From contig OZ220747.1 in NCBI GenBank assembly GCA_965117015.1, positions 2,708,247 through 2,772,246 on the forward strand: 64,000 nt of DNA, given 5' to 3'. This DNA is from Acidimicrobiales bacterium (GTDB lineage Bacteria; Actinomycetota; Acidimicrobiia; Acidimicrobiales; Aldehydirespiratoraceae). Position numbers and translations under genes: made by a program. How positions within the stretch are numbered: the first letter of the stretch is position 1; each line of letters opens with the position of its first letter. Positions 31,447-41,964 of the stretch are shown one piece after another. A model generated the notes under the pieces. That model was given only the letters and a program-made list of their open reading frames with translations. It made no database searches and was not told where the DNA came from.

Positions 31447-32412
31447 ATGGGAGCGGTGCTGGCGGGCGGGGCCAGCGCCAGGATGGGCACCGACAAGGCG
31501 TTCATCGAGATCGAGGGAGAGCCGATGGTGGCCCGTGCCGCCGGCGCGCTGCGGTCCGCGGGGGCCGCGCCCGTGCTGGTGGTGGGCGGAGACCGTTCTC
31601 GCATCAGCGCGCTGGGCCTGGATCACGTGCCCGACCGCCATCCCGGTCAGGGCCCGCTGGGAGGGGTGATCACCGCCCTCGGCGCACTCGACCCGCCAGG
31701 CGGCTCCGGCCCGGACGCGGTGGTGACCCTGCCCTGCGATGTGAAGGCACCCGACCCGACCGCAGTGCGGTTGGTGATCGATCGCCTCGCCATTGCCACC
31801 GACCGCTCTGAAGCAGGCCCGTCACCCGCCGACCTGGTTGTACCGCTCGGCGGCGGGGTTCCCCAGTGGACGCATGCCGGGTGGCACCGGAACTGCCTGC
31901 CGCGCCTGTCGCAGGCCTTCGCCACCGGAGTGAGGGCACTGAACGAGGCCGCCCAGCAGTTGCGGACGGTCGCGGTCGAGGTGCCCGGAACGGACTGGTA
32001 CGCCGACGCGGACCGTCCCGGGGACCTTCCCCCAACTACGCTTGGTGACGGCCACACAGAAGAGGCGGGCATGCAGGACGCCGACATCCCCGAGATAGAC
32101 ATCGACGAACTCGAGCGTCGGCGAGCGGCCGGCGCGGCCGTGTTCGATGTGCGCGAGCCCGACGAGTACGCCGAGGTACGCATACCGGGCGCGGTGCTGG
32201 TACCGCTGGCAACGGTCCCGGAGGCCGTCGAGGAGTTCCGGACGGCGGCGGCGGGCCAGGCAGTGTGCGTGGTGTGCGCGGTCGGGGGCCGGAGCGGGCA
32301 GGCCGTCGGCTTCCTCCGGTCCTTGGGCGTGGACGCGGTCAATGTGGCCGGCGGAACCAAAGCCTGGCACCAGTCGGGCCGACCGGTGGAGGCGGGCCCC
32401 GCTCCCGCCTGA
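31447..32412 (+). CDS. mobA: MobA-like molybdenum cofactor guanylyltransferase fused to a C-terminal rhodanese domain
   Basis: LAGGASARMGTDKAF NTP-transferase motif. The C-terminal rhodanese has the active-site loop CAVGGRS. An alternative ATG at 31393 would overlap the upstream gene by 32 nt. Confidence 0.7.
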   Translation: MGAVLAGGASARMGTDKAFIEIEGEPMVARAAGALRSAGAAPVLVVGGDRSRISALGLDHVPDRHPGQGPLGGVITALGALDPPGGSGPDAVVTLPCDVKAPDPTAVRLVIDRLAIATDRSEAGPSPADLVVPLGGGVPQWTHAGWHRNCLPRLSQAFATGVRALNEAAQQLRTVAVEVPGTDWYADADRPGDLPPTTLGDGHTEEAGMQDADIPEIDIDELERRRAAGAAVFDVREPDEYAEVRIPGAVLVPLATVPEAVEEFRTAAAGQAVCVVCAVGGRSGQAVGFLRSLGVDAVNVAGGTKAWHQSGRPVEAGPAPA

Positions 32413-32420
32413 CCGACCCC

Positions 32421-33623
32421 ATGCCCCGCGATCGCCACGCCCGCTCACGCGGCCGCGGCGCGGTGTCCTACCGCTACATCGACTCCGACCAGGGCCTGCG
32501 AGCTGTCGTGGGCGCGGTCTCCTCAGAGCCTCGCTTCGCGCTCGACACCGAGTTCCACCGTGAGCGCACCTACCGCCCCCAGGCTGCGTTGATCCAGATC
32601 GCTTGGCCCACCGATCTGGTCCTCATCGATCCGCTGGCCGTGGACATGGCGCCGCTGGCCGAGGTATTCGCCGCGGGCGGTCTGATGGTCGCCCACGCCG
32701 CGGGCCAGGACTTGGAGGTGCTCGACCACTGCTGTGGGGCGGTCCCCAGTCGCATCTTTGACACACAGATCGCGGCCGGTTTCCTGGGCCTCGGCACGCC
32801 CGCGCTGTCCTCGCTCTATGAGAGCGAGATCGGCTGGAGGCCCCCGAAGGCGGACCGGCTCACCGACTGGCTGGCACGGCCACTGAAGGCTTCGCAACTC
32901 GACTACGCCGCCAGCGATGTGATGCACCTGCTGGAGATCCACGAACGTCTCGCGGGTCGGCTCGAGGAGTTGGGCCGGCAGGACTGGGCCCAAGCGGAGT
33001 TCGAGCTGCTGCTCGAACGCAACCGGCAGGGCCAGCGACCTGAGGAAGCCTGGTCCCGGCTCAAGGAAGTGCGACATCTGAGGCGCCGCGACCTGCCTGT
33101 GGTCCGATCGGTGGCGATGTGGCGCGAGCTTCGGGCAGCCAAGGTCAATCAACCGGTCCGCCACGTCCTGTCAGACGTCGCGGTGGTGTCAATCTCACAG
33201 GCCGCGCCCCGGACGACCGAGGAGTTGGCCGCGGTGCGGGGTGTGGGGGAGGGCGTGGCCCGCGGCCGTCTGGGGACGGCCATCCTCAAGGCGGTCGCCG
33301 ACGGGCTCGCGTCCGATTGGCGCCCGCCCCCGAAGCGCACGGCCCGCACCGAGGCGGCCAACCGCCTTCGCCCGGCCGTGGGGTTGGTGACCTCCTGGGT
33401 GAGCCAGCTCGCCCGCAACCGCATGATCGAGCCGTCGCTGCTGGCCACGAGGGCCGACATCGAAGCCCTGATCCGCGGCGACGCAGACGCTCGGCTGGCC
33501 CGGGGATGGCGTTCGGAGATGGTGGGCGAGCCGCTGCGACGGCTGGTCGCGGGCGAGGCCGCCCTGGCATTCGACAACGGCCAACTCGTCCTCGAGGAGC
33601 GCAGCCACCGGCCGGTGGCCTGA
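32421..33623 (+). CDS. rnd: ribonuclease D
   Basis: ATG at 32421 within tracked ORF 32265..33623. DEDD exonuclease motifs (ALDTEFHRE, HAAGQDLEVL, YAASDV) followed by an HRDC-like region. Confidence 0.85.
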   Translation: MPRDRHARSRGRGAVSYRYIDSDQGLRAVVGAVSSEPRFALDTEFHRERTYRPQAALIQIAWPTDLVLIDPLAVDMAPLAEVFAAGGLMVAHAAGQDLEVLDHCCGAVPSRIFDTQIAAGFLGLGTPALSSLYESEIGWRPPKADRLTDWLARPLKASQLDYAASDVMHLLEIHERLAGRLEELGRQDWAQAEFELLLERNRQGQRPEEAWSRLKEVRHLRRRDLPVVRSVAMWRELRAAKVNQPVRHVLSDVAVVSISQAAPRTTEELAAVRGVGEGVARGRLGTAILKAVADGLASDWRPPPKRTARTEAANRLRPAVGLVTSWVSQLARNRMIEPSLLATRADIEALIRGDADARLARGWRSEMVGEPLRRLVAGEAALAFDNGQLVLEERSHRPVA

Positions 33624-33680
33624 CCACATTCCGATCAGCCCCGCGGCTGCGGTTCGGGTGGGCCGGCGGCGCCGGTCCGG

Positions 33681-33686
33681 TACAAT
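33681..33686 (+). promoter_or_regulatory. -10-like hexamer TACAAT upstream of the small acidic ORF
   Basis: TACAAT at 33681-33686, about 40 nt upstream of the GTG at 33725. Confidence 0.35.
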
Positions 33687-33724
33687 AGGAGCCCTGCGAA
33701 ATCCGTCAAACCGGGAGTTGGGCC

Positions 33725-33916
33725 GTGAAGAAGGGGCGACACCGAAGGTATGAGGAAGCCCGCAAGTTCAAGCGCTCGCAGGTAGACGATCTCCAAGGGT
33801 TGATCGAATCCTTCAACGAGCCGGACGACTACGTGAAGCCCGAGCACGCGTCCTGGGCGGAGGAATTCGCCGACGAGGAGCTGGCCGAGGCGGAGCTGTC
33901 CGCCGACGACGACTGA
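33725..33916 (+). CDS. small conserved-looking protein, basic N-terminus and acidic C-terminus (hypothetical)
   Basis: GTG start preceded by GGGAG. 63 aa with protein-like composition and high third-position GC. Confidence 0.5.
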   Translation: MKKGRHRRYEEARKFKRSQVDDLQGLIESFNEPDDYVKPEHASWAEEFADEELAEAELSADDD

Positions 33917-33921
33917 CAGTC

Positions 33922-35619
33922 TCAGCCCTCGGTGCCCTCGGTCTCCTCGAGGATCTCGCCGAGCCGCACAACGTCGTCCTCGGTGACTACGCCGATGAAG
34001 TTGCCGCTGCTGTCGGTCACGGCCAGCACCTCGACGTCAGCCGCCTCCATGGCCACCACCGCATCGCGAACGGTCCACGACGGCGACCCGGCAGGGAGGT
34101 CCGTCGCCATCACGGACTCCACTGAGGTGTTCTCCCACTCGTCGCGGCTCACTGAGGACAGCTGCGAGAGCTGGGCCATTCCCAGGTAAGCGCTGCCCGA
34201 CACGACCGGCACCACCCGCTCGCGCCGGCCCAGGACGTGCATGTACACGAACTCCGACACGGTCGCGTCGGGCGGGACGGTCAGCACGTCCGTGGTGAGG
34301 ATCGAGCTGAGCGGCAGGGTGAAGCGCTGCTCGATATGGCCCAGCCGCCTGGATCGCTGGTACTCGGTGACCGAGGCCGGGCCGCCCACCACCTGGCTAA
34401 CCGCGGCGGCAACCAGCGCAGGCACTACGAACGCGGCCGCACCGGTGGATTCGGCCACGAACATCACCGCGGCGATAGGGGCCCGGTAGCCGGCGCCGAG
34501 GAACGCGGCCAGGCCGAGCGTGGCGTACAGGCCGGTGGACTCTGCGTCCAGGGCCACGCCGACGAATTGGCCCCCGATCACGCCGAGAGTGGCCAGCGGG
34601 ATGAACAGGCCCCCTACGCCGTCGCCCAGCACCGTGGCCAGTGTGGCCGCCACCCTGACCCCGAAGAGCAGGGCGATCAGCTCGAGCGCGTCCTGCTGCA
34701 CGACCCATTCCATCGCCCTGGTTCCGGGGCCCAGGCTGAGAACCTCGCCGAAGGCGGCGTCGGCCAGCACCGTGAGGCCCGCCATGACCGCGGCGGCCGC
34801 CGCTGCCCGCCTGGGCCAGGAGACCGTGTGGGTGGCGTGCTTGGCTTGGCGCACCAGCCAGGCGAAGCCGCGGCCGCCCAGCCCGGCGGCGATGCCCAGG
34901 ATGAGGGCTCCCAGCAGGTCCCCGATCTGCACCTCGAGAAGGGCGGCGGCCCCGTCGACGTCGACGGGGCCCTCGCCCAGGAACGGGACGACGGGAGTGC
35001 TGCCCACCAGGAACACGAACGTGACATAGCTCGCGGCCGACGCGATCAGCGAGGGGAGCAGCGCCTGGGGGGTCACGTCATCGCGGTAGGGGGCCTCGAG
35101 GGCGAAGATGACTCCGGTGGCCGGGGTCTTGAACACTGCCGCCACCCCGGCCGCCGCTCCGGCCGTGAGCAGCAGCCGGGCCTCGTCGCGCCGGAAGAAG
35201 CGGCCCAGGCGCTCGTGGACGAACAGACCCACCGACGACCCGGCGTACAGCGAGGGGCCTTCGAGCCCGACTGCTCCGCCCGAGCCGATGGTGGCCACCC
35301 CCGCCAGCAGCTTGGCGGGGAGGAACCGGAAGGGCAGGCTGGGGTGGCGCTCATGGAACGCCCTGACGTACTCGTCGGAGGTGGAGCCCGACGTGCCGCC
35401 GCCCACCGTGCGCAGCACCAGCTTGGAGACTGCGATGCCCAGCACGGGGGCCAGCGCGAGCACAGCCAGGTTCTGGTGCAGGAGCCGCTCGAGCACGACG
35501 TGCAGCGCCAGCGTCTCGAACGCGGCCACCACCAGCGCGACGATCACGCCGGTGGCCGCCGACGCGGCCAGCAGGCGCGGGTTGCGGGCCTGGCGGAGGG
35601 TCTTAGTGAGCGGCCGCAT
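33922..35619 (-). CDS. ClC-family voltage-gated chloride channel / H+-Cl- antiporter with C-terminal CBS pair
   Basis: GSGGAVGLEGPS and GLFIP selectivity-type motifs. Two CBS-like repeats at the C-terminus. Confidence 0.85.
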   Translation of the reverse strand: MRPLTKTLRQARNPRLLAASAATGVIVALVVAAFETLALHVVLERLLHQNLAVLALAPVLGIAVSKLVLRTVGGGTSGSTSDEYVRAFHERHPSLPFRFLPAKLLAGVATIGSGGAVGLEGPSLYAGSSVGLFVHERLGRFFRRDEARLLLTAGAAAGVAAVFKTPATGVIFALEAPYRDDVTPQALLPSLIASAASYVTFVFLVGSTPVVPFLGEGPVDVDGAAALLEVQIGDLLGALILGIAAGLGGRGFAWLVRQAKHATHTVSWPRRAAAAAAVMAGLTVLADAAFGEVLSLGPGTRAMEWVVQQDALELIALLFGVRVAATLATVLGDGVGGLFIPLATLGVIGGQFVGVALDAESTGLYATLGLAAFLGAGYRAPIAAVMFVAESTGAAAFVVPALVAAAVSQVVGGPASVTEYQRSRRLGHIEQRFTLPLSSILTTDVLTVPPDATVSEFVYMHVLGRRERVVPVVSGSAYLGMAQLSQLSSVSRDEWENTSVESVMATDLPAGSPSWTVRDAVVAMEAADVEVLAVTDSSGNFIGVVTEDDVVRLGEILEETEGTEG

Positions 35620-35636
35620 CCGTCCGGGCTGCCCTT

Positions 35637-35840
35637 ATGGTGTCAGGCATGGTTGATAAGCGTCATGATATTTCAGAGCGGCTCTCGGTCATCGCCGAGG
35701 AGATCGCGGATCTGGCACTTGAGAGCTTGCGGGGTTCCATCGAGGCGGGCGAGACGAAGTCGTCGGACGAAGAGAAGCGCCTCACTCGGGCCCGGCGAGC
35801 CGTCGAGAAGGCCGCGCACCTCCTTCGGTCCGATCTGTAG
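35637..35840 (+). CDS. small helical hypothetical protein
   Basis: 67 aa with protein-like composition, located between the ClC start and the cysNC end. No family recognised. Confidence 0.4.
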   Translation: MVSGMVDKRHDISERLSVIAEEIADLALESLRGSIEAGETKSSDEEKRLTRARRAVEKAAHLLRSDL

Positions 35841-35910
35841 GCGCCGCGTGAGCCCGAGGCTAGCGGGCCGCCCGGTGGTCGCAGCGGTTCAGCGCCATGG
35901 CTGCCCCACG

Positions 35911-37833
35911 CTATTGGAGCCTGCTCGAGCCGCCACCGGGTTCGCGCACCCGCCGTAGCACCTCGGCCACTATCTCGGCCGACGCCTCCGAGACATCGGT
36001 CTCGGCCGTGCGGACGTGCATTTCGGCCTCGGCCGGTGCCTCGTAGGGGGCCGACACGCCGGTCAGGTCGGAGATGGCGCCGGCTCTCGCCTTGGCGTAG
36101 AGACCCTTGGGGTCGCGCGCCTCGCAGACGTCGAGCGGCGCGTCCACGAACACCTCCATGAAGGCGCCCGCGGGATGCAGGTTCCTCACCCGGTCGCGGT
36201 CCTGGCGGTAGGGCGAGATGAACGCGGCCAGCACGACTGCGCCGTACCGGTGCAGCAGGGCGGCCACCTCGCCGGCCCGGCGGATGTTCTCGGCCCGGTC
36301 CTCGGGCGAGAACCCCAGATCGGCGTTGAGCCCGAATCGCAGGTTGTCGCCGTCGAGCACGCAGGCGAGGACCCCGGCCGCGGCCAGCTCGGCCTCGGCC
36401 GCTCTGGCCAGGGTCGACTTCCCCGAGCCGGGCAGCCCGGTGAACCAGACGGTCAGGGCGCGATGGCCCAGCAGCTGCGCTCTCGTCTGGGGCGACACCC
36501 GGCCGGCGCTGGGAACGATGTGGGCGGCCCGGGTCGCCGCCTTGATCATCCCCGCGGCCACCGTGGCGTTGTCGCCCGGGTCGATGAGGATGAACGACCC
36601 GCAGGTCCGGTTCTGCTCGTACGGGTCGAACATGAGCTCGCGGTCGGTTCGCAGCGTCACCGAGGCGATGTCGTTGAGTCTCATGGCCGGCGCGGGCGCC
36701 GAGGTGAGCGTGTCGACGTCGAGGAGGCGGACGGGCTCGGTCACCCGGCAGCGCAGTCTCTGTCCGGCCTGCTGGAGCTGGTAGTCCCGGCCGAGGACGA
36801 GATCGGACTGCGACATCCAGACCAGCGTCGCGGTGAACTCTCGGGCCCGCTCGGGCGGCCGGTCGGGGCTGCACAGGATGTCGCCGCGGCCGATGTCGAC
36901 CGGGTCGGCCGTGGTCACGGTCACGGCCCGGCCCGGCCCGGCCTCGTCGAGGTCGCCGTCGAAGGTGACGATCCGCTCGACGGTGGTGATGAGGCCCGAG
37001 GGCTCGACCCGCACATCGTCTCCCGGCCGCAGCGTTCCCGAGCAGACGGTCCCCGCGTATCCCCGGAAGCTCTGGTCGGGCCGGATGACCAACTGCACCG
37101 GCAGTCGCAGCGCGTCGAGGTGCTCAGGTGCGCCGGCTGGGCCGGCGGTGGGGCCGACGTCCACCTGCTCGAGGTGTTCCATGAGGCAGGGTCCGTCGTA
37201 CCAGGGCATGCTCGCGCCCCGTTCGACGATGCAGTCGCCGTGCAGCGCCGACATGGGAATGCACACGGGGGCGGGCAGCCCGAGCGCGCCGGCGAGATCG
37301 GAGGCCTCGGCCGCGATCGCGTCGAACCGGTCCTCGGCGTAGCCGGCGAGGTCCATCTTGTTGATCGCCATGACGACCGCCTTGATGCCCAGCAGGCTCA
37401 CGATGGTGCTGTGACGCCGGGTCTGGGTGGTCACACCCTTGGCTGCGTCGACGAGGATCACGGCCAGGTCCGCGGTGGAGGCGCCCGTGGCCATATTGCG
37501 GGTGTACTGCTCGTGGCCGGGAGCGTCGGCGATGATGAAGCTCCGCTTCCGGGTCGAGAAGTACAGGTGGGCGACGTCGATGGTGATGCCCTGCTCACGC
37601 TCGGCCTTGAGGCCGTCGGCCAGCAGGGCCAGGTCGACCTGCCCCCCGGCGTGGCCCGAGACGGCCGAGTCCTTGCGCACCGCGGCCAGGTGGTCGTCGT
37701 AGAGGAGGTCCGAGTCGTGCAGGAGCCGCCCGATCAGCGTCGACTTGCCGTCGTCCACCGAGCCGCAGGTGAGCAGGCGAAGCAGGTCGTGCCGCGGGCC
37801 CGGGCCGCCGCCTGCGGCTTCCGCCGGGGCCAT
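35911..37833 (-). CDS. cysN: bifunctional sulfate adenylyltransferase subunit 1 / adenylylsulfate kinase (CysN-CysC fusion)
   Basis: The ATG at 37833 shares one base with the cysD stop (TGATG). GTPase motif CGSVDDGKST, and a C-terminal APS kinase P-loop FTGLPGSGKST. The remaining 5' part of tracked ORF 35911..38271 is out of frame within cysD. Confidence 0.9.
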   Translation of the reverse strand: MAPAEAAGGGPGPRHDLLRLLTCGSVDDGKSTLIGRLLHDSDLLYDDHLAAVRKDSAVSGHAGGQVDLALLADGLKAEREQGITIDVAHLYFSTRKRSFIIADAPGHEQYTRNMATGASTADLAVILVDAAKGVTTQTRRHSTIVSLLGIKAVVMAINKMDLAGYAEDRFDAIAAEASDLAGALGLPAPVCIPMSALHGDCIVERGASMPWYDGPCLMEHLEQVDVGPTAGPAGAPEHLDALRLPVQLVIRPDQSFRGYAGTVCSGTLRPGDDVRVEPSGLITTVERIVTFDGDLDEAGPGRAVTVTTADPVDIGRGDILCSPDRPPERAREFTATLVWMSQSDLVLGRDYQLQQAGQRLRCRVTEPVRLLDVDTLTSAPAPAMRLNDIASVTLRTDRELMFDPYEQNRTCGSFILIDPGDNATVAAGMIKAATRAAHIVPSAGRVSPQTRAQLLGHRALTVWFTGLPGSGKSTLARAAEAELAAAGVLACVLDGDNLRFGLNADLGFSPEDRAENIRRAGEVAALLHRYGAVVLAAFISPYRQDRDRVRNLHPAGAFMEVFVDAPLDVCEARDPKGLYAKARAGAISDLTGVSAPYEAPAEAEMHVRTAETDVSEASAEIVAEVLRRVREPGGGSSRLQ

Positions 37834-38792
37834 CAGAAGTAGCCCTCCCGCTTCTTCTCCTCCATGGAGCCGGCCTGGTCGTGGTCGATCACCCGGCCCT
37901 CCCGTTCGGAGCGGGTGGCGCCGGCCATCTCGGCCACGATCTCCGCCACGGTCGCCGCGGTCGACTCGACCGCGCCGGTGAGCGGGTAGCACCCCAGAGT
38001 GCGGAAGCGCACCGACCGCGCCTCGGGCCGCTCGCCGGCCTCGAACCTGAACCGGTCGTCGTCCACCATTATCAGGGTCCCGTCCCGTTCGACCACCGGT
38101 CTCACCGCGGCGAAATACAGCGGCACGACCTCTATGCCGCCGGCCTCGATGTAGTGCCACACGTCCAGCTCGGTCCAGTTGCTCAACGGGAAGACTCGGA
38201 TGCTCTCGCCGGCGGAGATCCTGCCGTTGTAGTGGTTCCACAGCTCGGGCCGCTGGTTCCTCGGGTCCCACCGGTGGAGCCGGTCCCGGAAGCTGAAGAC
38301 CCGCTCCTTGGCCCGCGAGCGCTCCTCGTCGCGCCGTGCCCCGCCGAAGGCAGCGTCGTAGCGGCCGGCGTCGAGGGCCTGCCTGAGGGCCCGGGTCTTC
38401 ATCACGTCGGTGTAGTGCTGCGACGAGTGGTCGAACGGGTTGATCTGTGCCGCGACCGGATCGGGGTTGGTGTGCACCACCAGCTCGAAGCCGATCTCTG
38501 AGGCCATCCGGTCCCGGAAGGCGATCATCTCGGAGAACTTCCAGGTCGTGTCGATGTGCAGCAGCGGGAAGGGGATCGGGCCGGGATGGAACGCCTTGCG
38601 GGCCAGGTGCAGCATCACCGAGCTGTCCTTGCCGATCGAGTAGAGCATCACCGGGTTGCTGAACTGCGCCTTGACCTCGCGGATGATGTGGATGCTCTCG
38701 TCCTCGAGCCGCTGCAGCCGGTCCGGGAGCTCCCCGGCCGCGGGGCGCCTAGGAGCGGCGGGACGCGGCGTGGAGGTCGTCGGCCTTGTCAC
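37833..38792 (-). CDS. cysD: sulfate adenylyltransferase subunit 2
   Basis: PAPS-reductase-fold motifs MLYSIGKDS and [10 protein letters not shown]. The 5' end overlaps the tal 3' end by 44 nt if the annotated ATG is used. Confidence 0.9.
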   Translation of the reverse strand: MTRPTTSTPRPAAPRRPAAGELPDRLQRLEDESIHIIREVKAQFSNPVMLYSIGKDSSVMLHLARKAFHPGPIPFPLLHIDTTWKFSEMIAFRDRMASEIGFELVVHTNPDPVAAQINPFDHSSQHYTDVMKTRALRQALDAGRYDAAFGGARRDEERSRAKERVFSFRDRLHRWDPRNQRPELWNHYNGRISAGESIRVFPLSNWTELDVWHYIEAGGIEVVPLYFAAVRPVVERDGTLIMVDDDRFRFEAGERPEARSVRFRTLGCYPLTGAVESTAATVAEIVAEMAGATRSEREGRVIDHDQAGSMEEKKREGYF

Positions 38793-39867
38793 CTAGCACC
38801 CCTATGAGCTCGTCGAAGCTCTTGGCGAAGGCGGCGACGCCCTCGTCCTCGAGTTGGGCGGTGACGGCTTCGAGGTCGACGCCCACGGCTGCGATCCGGT
38901 CGAGCACCTCGACGGCCTCGTCGATTCCCGACCCGAGGGTGGGCTCGACGGTGCCATGGTGCTCGAAGGCTTCCAGCGTGGCGTCGGGAAGGGTGTTCAC
39001 CGTGCCGGGTCCGATCAGCTCGTCGACGTAGAGCGTGTCCCGGTAGGCCGGGTTCTTGGTCGATGTGCTCGCCCACAGCAGGCGCTGGGGCCGGGCCCCG
39101 CGGGCGGCCAGCGCCTTCCAGCGCGGCTCCGAGCAGAGCCTCTGGAAATGGGAGTACGCGACCTTGGCGTTGGCGATGGCCGCCTTGCCCCGAAGCTGGA
39201 GCGCCTCGTCGGATCCGATGGCCTCGAGGCGCCGGTCCACCTCGGTGTCGATCCTCGACACGAAGAACGACGCCACGCTGGACACTCTCGAAAGGTCCCC
39301 GGACCTTCGCTCGAGCCCGGACATGTAGGCGTCGGCCACCTCGAGGTAGCGTTCAACGCTGAAGATCAACGTGACATTGATGCTGTTGCCCTCCGCGATC
39401 ATCTGGGAGATGGGCGCGAGACCCTCGGCCGTTCCTGGAATCTTCACGTAGAGGTTGGGCAGCGCGAGCTGGTCGTGCAGGTTCCGGGCGGCTTCGGCGG
39501 TGGCCTCGCCGTCCCGGGCGAGATCGGGCGCGACCTCCACCGACACGTAGCCGTCGAGTCCGCCGGACTCGTCGTAGACGGAGCGCAGGACCGCGGCCGC
39601 GGCCGATATGTCGGAGGTGACCAGCCGCCAGTAGGACGACTCGACATCGAGTCCGGCATCGATGGAGGACCGGAACTCGTCGTCGTAGTCGGCGGTGGCG
39701 GTGATGGCCTTCTGGAAGATCGACGGGTTCGAGGTCAAGCCCCGGACACCGTGCTGTACCCATTTCTGGAGGTCCCCGCCGGTGATCCAGCCCCTGCGGA
39801 TGTTGTCCAGCCAGGGACTCTGGCCGCAACGGTCATAGAGCTCGTGCAGTCTGGTGGTGGCAGTCAT
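38749..39867 (-). CDS. tal: transaldolase (long actinobacterial type)
   Basis: [10 protein letters not shown] and [13 protein letters not shown] motifs. 372 aa. Confidence 0.92.
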   Translation of the reverse strand: MTATTRLHELYDRCGQSPWLDNIRRGWITGGDLQKWVQHGVRGLTSNPSIFQKAITATADYDDEFRSSIDAGLDVESSYWRLVTSDISAAAAVLRSVYDESGGLDGYVSVEVAPDLARDGEATAEAARNLHDQLALPNLYVKIPGTAEGLAPISQMIAEGNSINVTLIFSVERYLEVADAYMSGLERRSGDLSRVSSVASFFVSRIDTEVDRRLEAIGSDEALQLRGKAAIANAKVAYSHFQRLCSEPRWKALAARGARPQRLLWASTSTKNPAYRDTLYVDELIGPGTVNTLPDATLEAFEHHGTVEPTLGSGIDEAVEVLDRIAAVGVDLEAVTAQLEDEGVAAFAKSFDELIGVLGDKADDLHAASRRS

Positions 39868-39890
39868 CTCGGAGTGGTCCTCCTCTCAAG

Positions 39891-41894
39891 TCACAGGGCG
39901 GCCCGCGTCTGCGTGCCGGCCAGCAGGGACCGGGCCCTGCCGGCCACGTTGGAGGCGGAGATCCCGAGTTGCTCCATCACCACCGCGCCGGGCGCCGAGG
40001 CGCCGAAGCGGTCGATGCCTACCGCCTCGTCGGTCCAGCGGCTCCAACCCATGGTGCTGCCCGCCTCCACCGCCAATGACGGGAGGTCGGGCCGGAGCAC
40101 CCGGGCCTGCTCGGGGTAGGGCTGCTCCGCGAACAGCTCCCACGACGGCAGCGACACCACGCGGGCGGCGACTCCTTCGGCGGCCAGGAGCGCGGCCGCG
40201 TCGCAGCACACCGCCACCTCGCTGCCCGTCCCCACCAGCGTCAGGCTGGGTTCTGCGGGCTCCAGCAGCGCGTAGCCGCCCGATGCGACCGCGTCGGCCC
40301 GAGTGCCCTCGAGCACGGGCACGCCCTGGCGGGTGAGGATCAGAGCGGTCGGACCCTCGGACCCCACCGCAACCCGCCAGGCCCCCACCGTCTCGGTGGC
40401 GTCCGCGGGCCTGATGACCCGCAGGTTCGGGATGGCCCGCAGCGAGGCGAGATGCTCGATGGGCTGGTGGGTGGGGCCGTCCTCTCCCACGCCCACCGAG
40501 TCATGGCTCCACACGAAGATGACCTTGGCTTCCGACAGCGCGGCGAGCCGCACCGCGGGCCGCATGTAGTCGGCGAACACCAGGAACGTCCCCACCACCG
40601 GTATGGCGCCGCCGTGCAGGGCCATGCCGTTGGCGATGGCCCCCATGGCGTGCTCGCGCACGCCGAAGTAGATCTGGCGGCCTCCCGGCCCGCGGGCCGA
40701 GAACACCCCGGCGTCGGCGATGGCCGTGCCGGTGTTGCCGGTCAGGTCGGCGCCGCCGCCGGTGAGTCCTGGAACCACCGGCAGGAGGGCCTTCAGGGTG
40801 GCGCTGGAGGCCTTGCGGGTGGCGACCGACTCGCCCGGCTGGAATGACGGCAGCGAGTCCTCCCAGCCGGCGCGGCCGGTCGCGGCCAGGCACGCCTCGA
40901 GGCCGTCGCGGTCGCCGTCGAAGGCGGCTGTGCGGGCCTCCCAGCCGAAGCGCGCGTCCTGGCCGGCGGTCCCGGCGCGGCGGTAGTAGTCGAGCACCTC
41001 GGAAGGCACGTGGAACGTCTCCGCGGCGGGCAGTCCCATCAAGTCCTTGGTGGCCGCGATCTCCTCGTCGAAGATGGCGTAGCCGTGCGCGGCCGGCGTG
41101 CCCGACGCCTGGGGCGCGGGATGGGCGATCACAGAACGCAGGATCACCAACGACGGGCGGTCCTCGACGGCGGCCGCGTCGCGCAGCCCGGCTTCCAGCC
41201 CGTCGAGGTCCTCGGCCGCCTCGCCGAGTTCGATGACATGCCAGCCGTAGGCCCGGAAGCGGGCCGCGGCGTCGTCGGAGAGGGCCAGGTCGGTGCCGCC
41301 GTCGATGGTGACCTCGTTGTCGTCGTAGACCACCACCAGCCGGCCCAGGCCCAGGTGTCCCGCCAGCGAAGCGGCCTCGTGGCTGACACCCTCGGACAGG
41401 TCGCCGTCGCCGGCGATCACGAAGATGCGGTGGTCGCAGACATCGGTGCCGTAGCGGGTTCGCACCTGGCTCTCCGCGACGGCCATGCCCACCGCGTTGG
41501 CGATGCCCTGACCGAGCGGGCCGGTGGTCACCTCCACCCCCGGGGTGCAGCCGACCTCGGGATGGCCGGGCGTTGGCGACCCCCACTGCCGGAAGTTCCT
41601 CAGATCCTCGAGAGTCAAGCCGTGGCCGGTCAGGTAGAGCATGGCGTACTGCAGGATCGAGGCGTGACCGGCTGAGAGCACGAACCGGTCCCGGTCGGGC
41701 CAGTCCGGCCCTTGGGCGTCGTAGCGCATGATCCGGGTCCACAGAACGTGGGCGAGCGGGGCCAAGGCCATGGCGGTGCCCTGATGGCCGGAGCGCGCCG
41801 TATGGGGCGCGTCCATGGCCAGTGCCTTGATGACGTTGATTCCAAGCCTCTCGATGGAAGTCACCGGCCCTCCAACCGCGGGCACTCCGCGCAC
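39891..41894 (-). CDS. tkt: transketolase
   Basis: 667 aa. SGHQGTAMALAP, ThDP motif GDGDLSEG and WSHDSVGVGEDGPTHQP. The exact start is uncertain. Confidence 0.95.
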   Translation of the reverse strand: MRGVPAVGGPVTSIERLGINVIKALAMDAPHTARSGHQGTAMALAPLAHVLWTRIMRYDAQGPDWPDRDRFVLSAGHASILQYAMLYLTGHGLTLEDLRNFRQWGSPTPGHPEVGCTPGVEVTTGPLGQGIANAVGMAVAESQVRTRYGTDVCDHRIFVIAGDGDLSEGVSHEAASLAGHLGLGRLVVVYDDNEVTIDGGTDLALSDDAAARFRAYGWHVIELGEAAEDLDGLEAGLRDAAAVEDRPSLVILRSVIAHPAPQASGTPAAHGYAIFDEEIAATKDLMGLPAAETFHVPSEVLDYYRRAGTAGQDARFGWEARTAAFDGDRDGLEACLAATGRAGWEDSLPSFQPGESVATRKASSATLKALLPVVPGLTGGGADLTGNTGTAIADAGVFSARGPGGRQIYFGVREHAMGAIANGMALHGGAIPVVGTFLVFADYMRPAVRLAALSEAKVIFVWSHDSVGVGEDGPTHQPIEHLASLRAIPNLRVIRPADATETVGAWRVAVGSEGPTALILTRQGVPVLEGTRADAVASGGYALLEPAEPSLTLVGTGSEVAVCCDAAALLAAEGVAARVVSLPSWELFAEQPYPEQARVLRPDLPSLAVEAGSTMGWSRWTDEAVGIDRFGASAPGAVVMEQLGISASNVAGRARSLLAGTQTRAAL

Positions 41895-41964
41895 GCTCGG
41901 CCCACCATAGCTATTGCCACGGACTCGAAGGGGGAGGAGCCTGTGACCCGGTCGCGGCTGCCTG

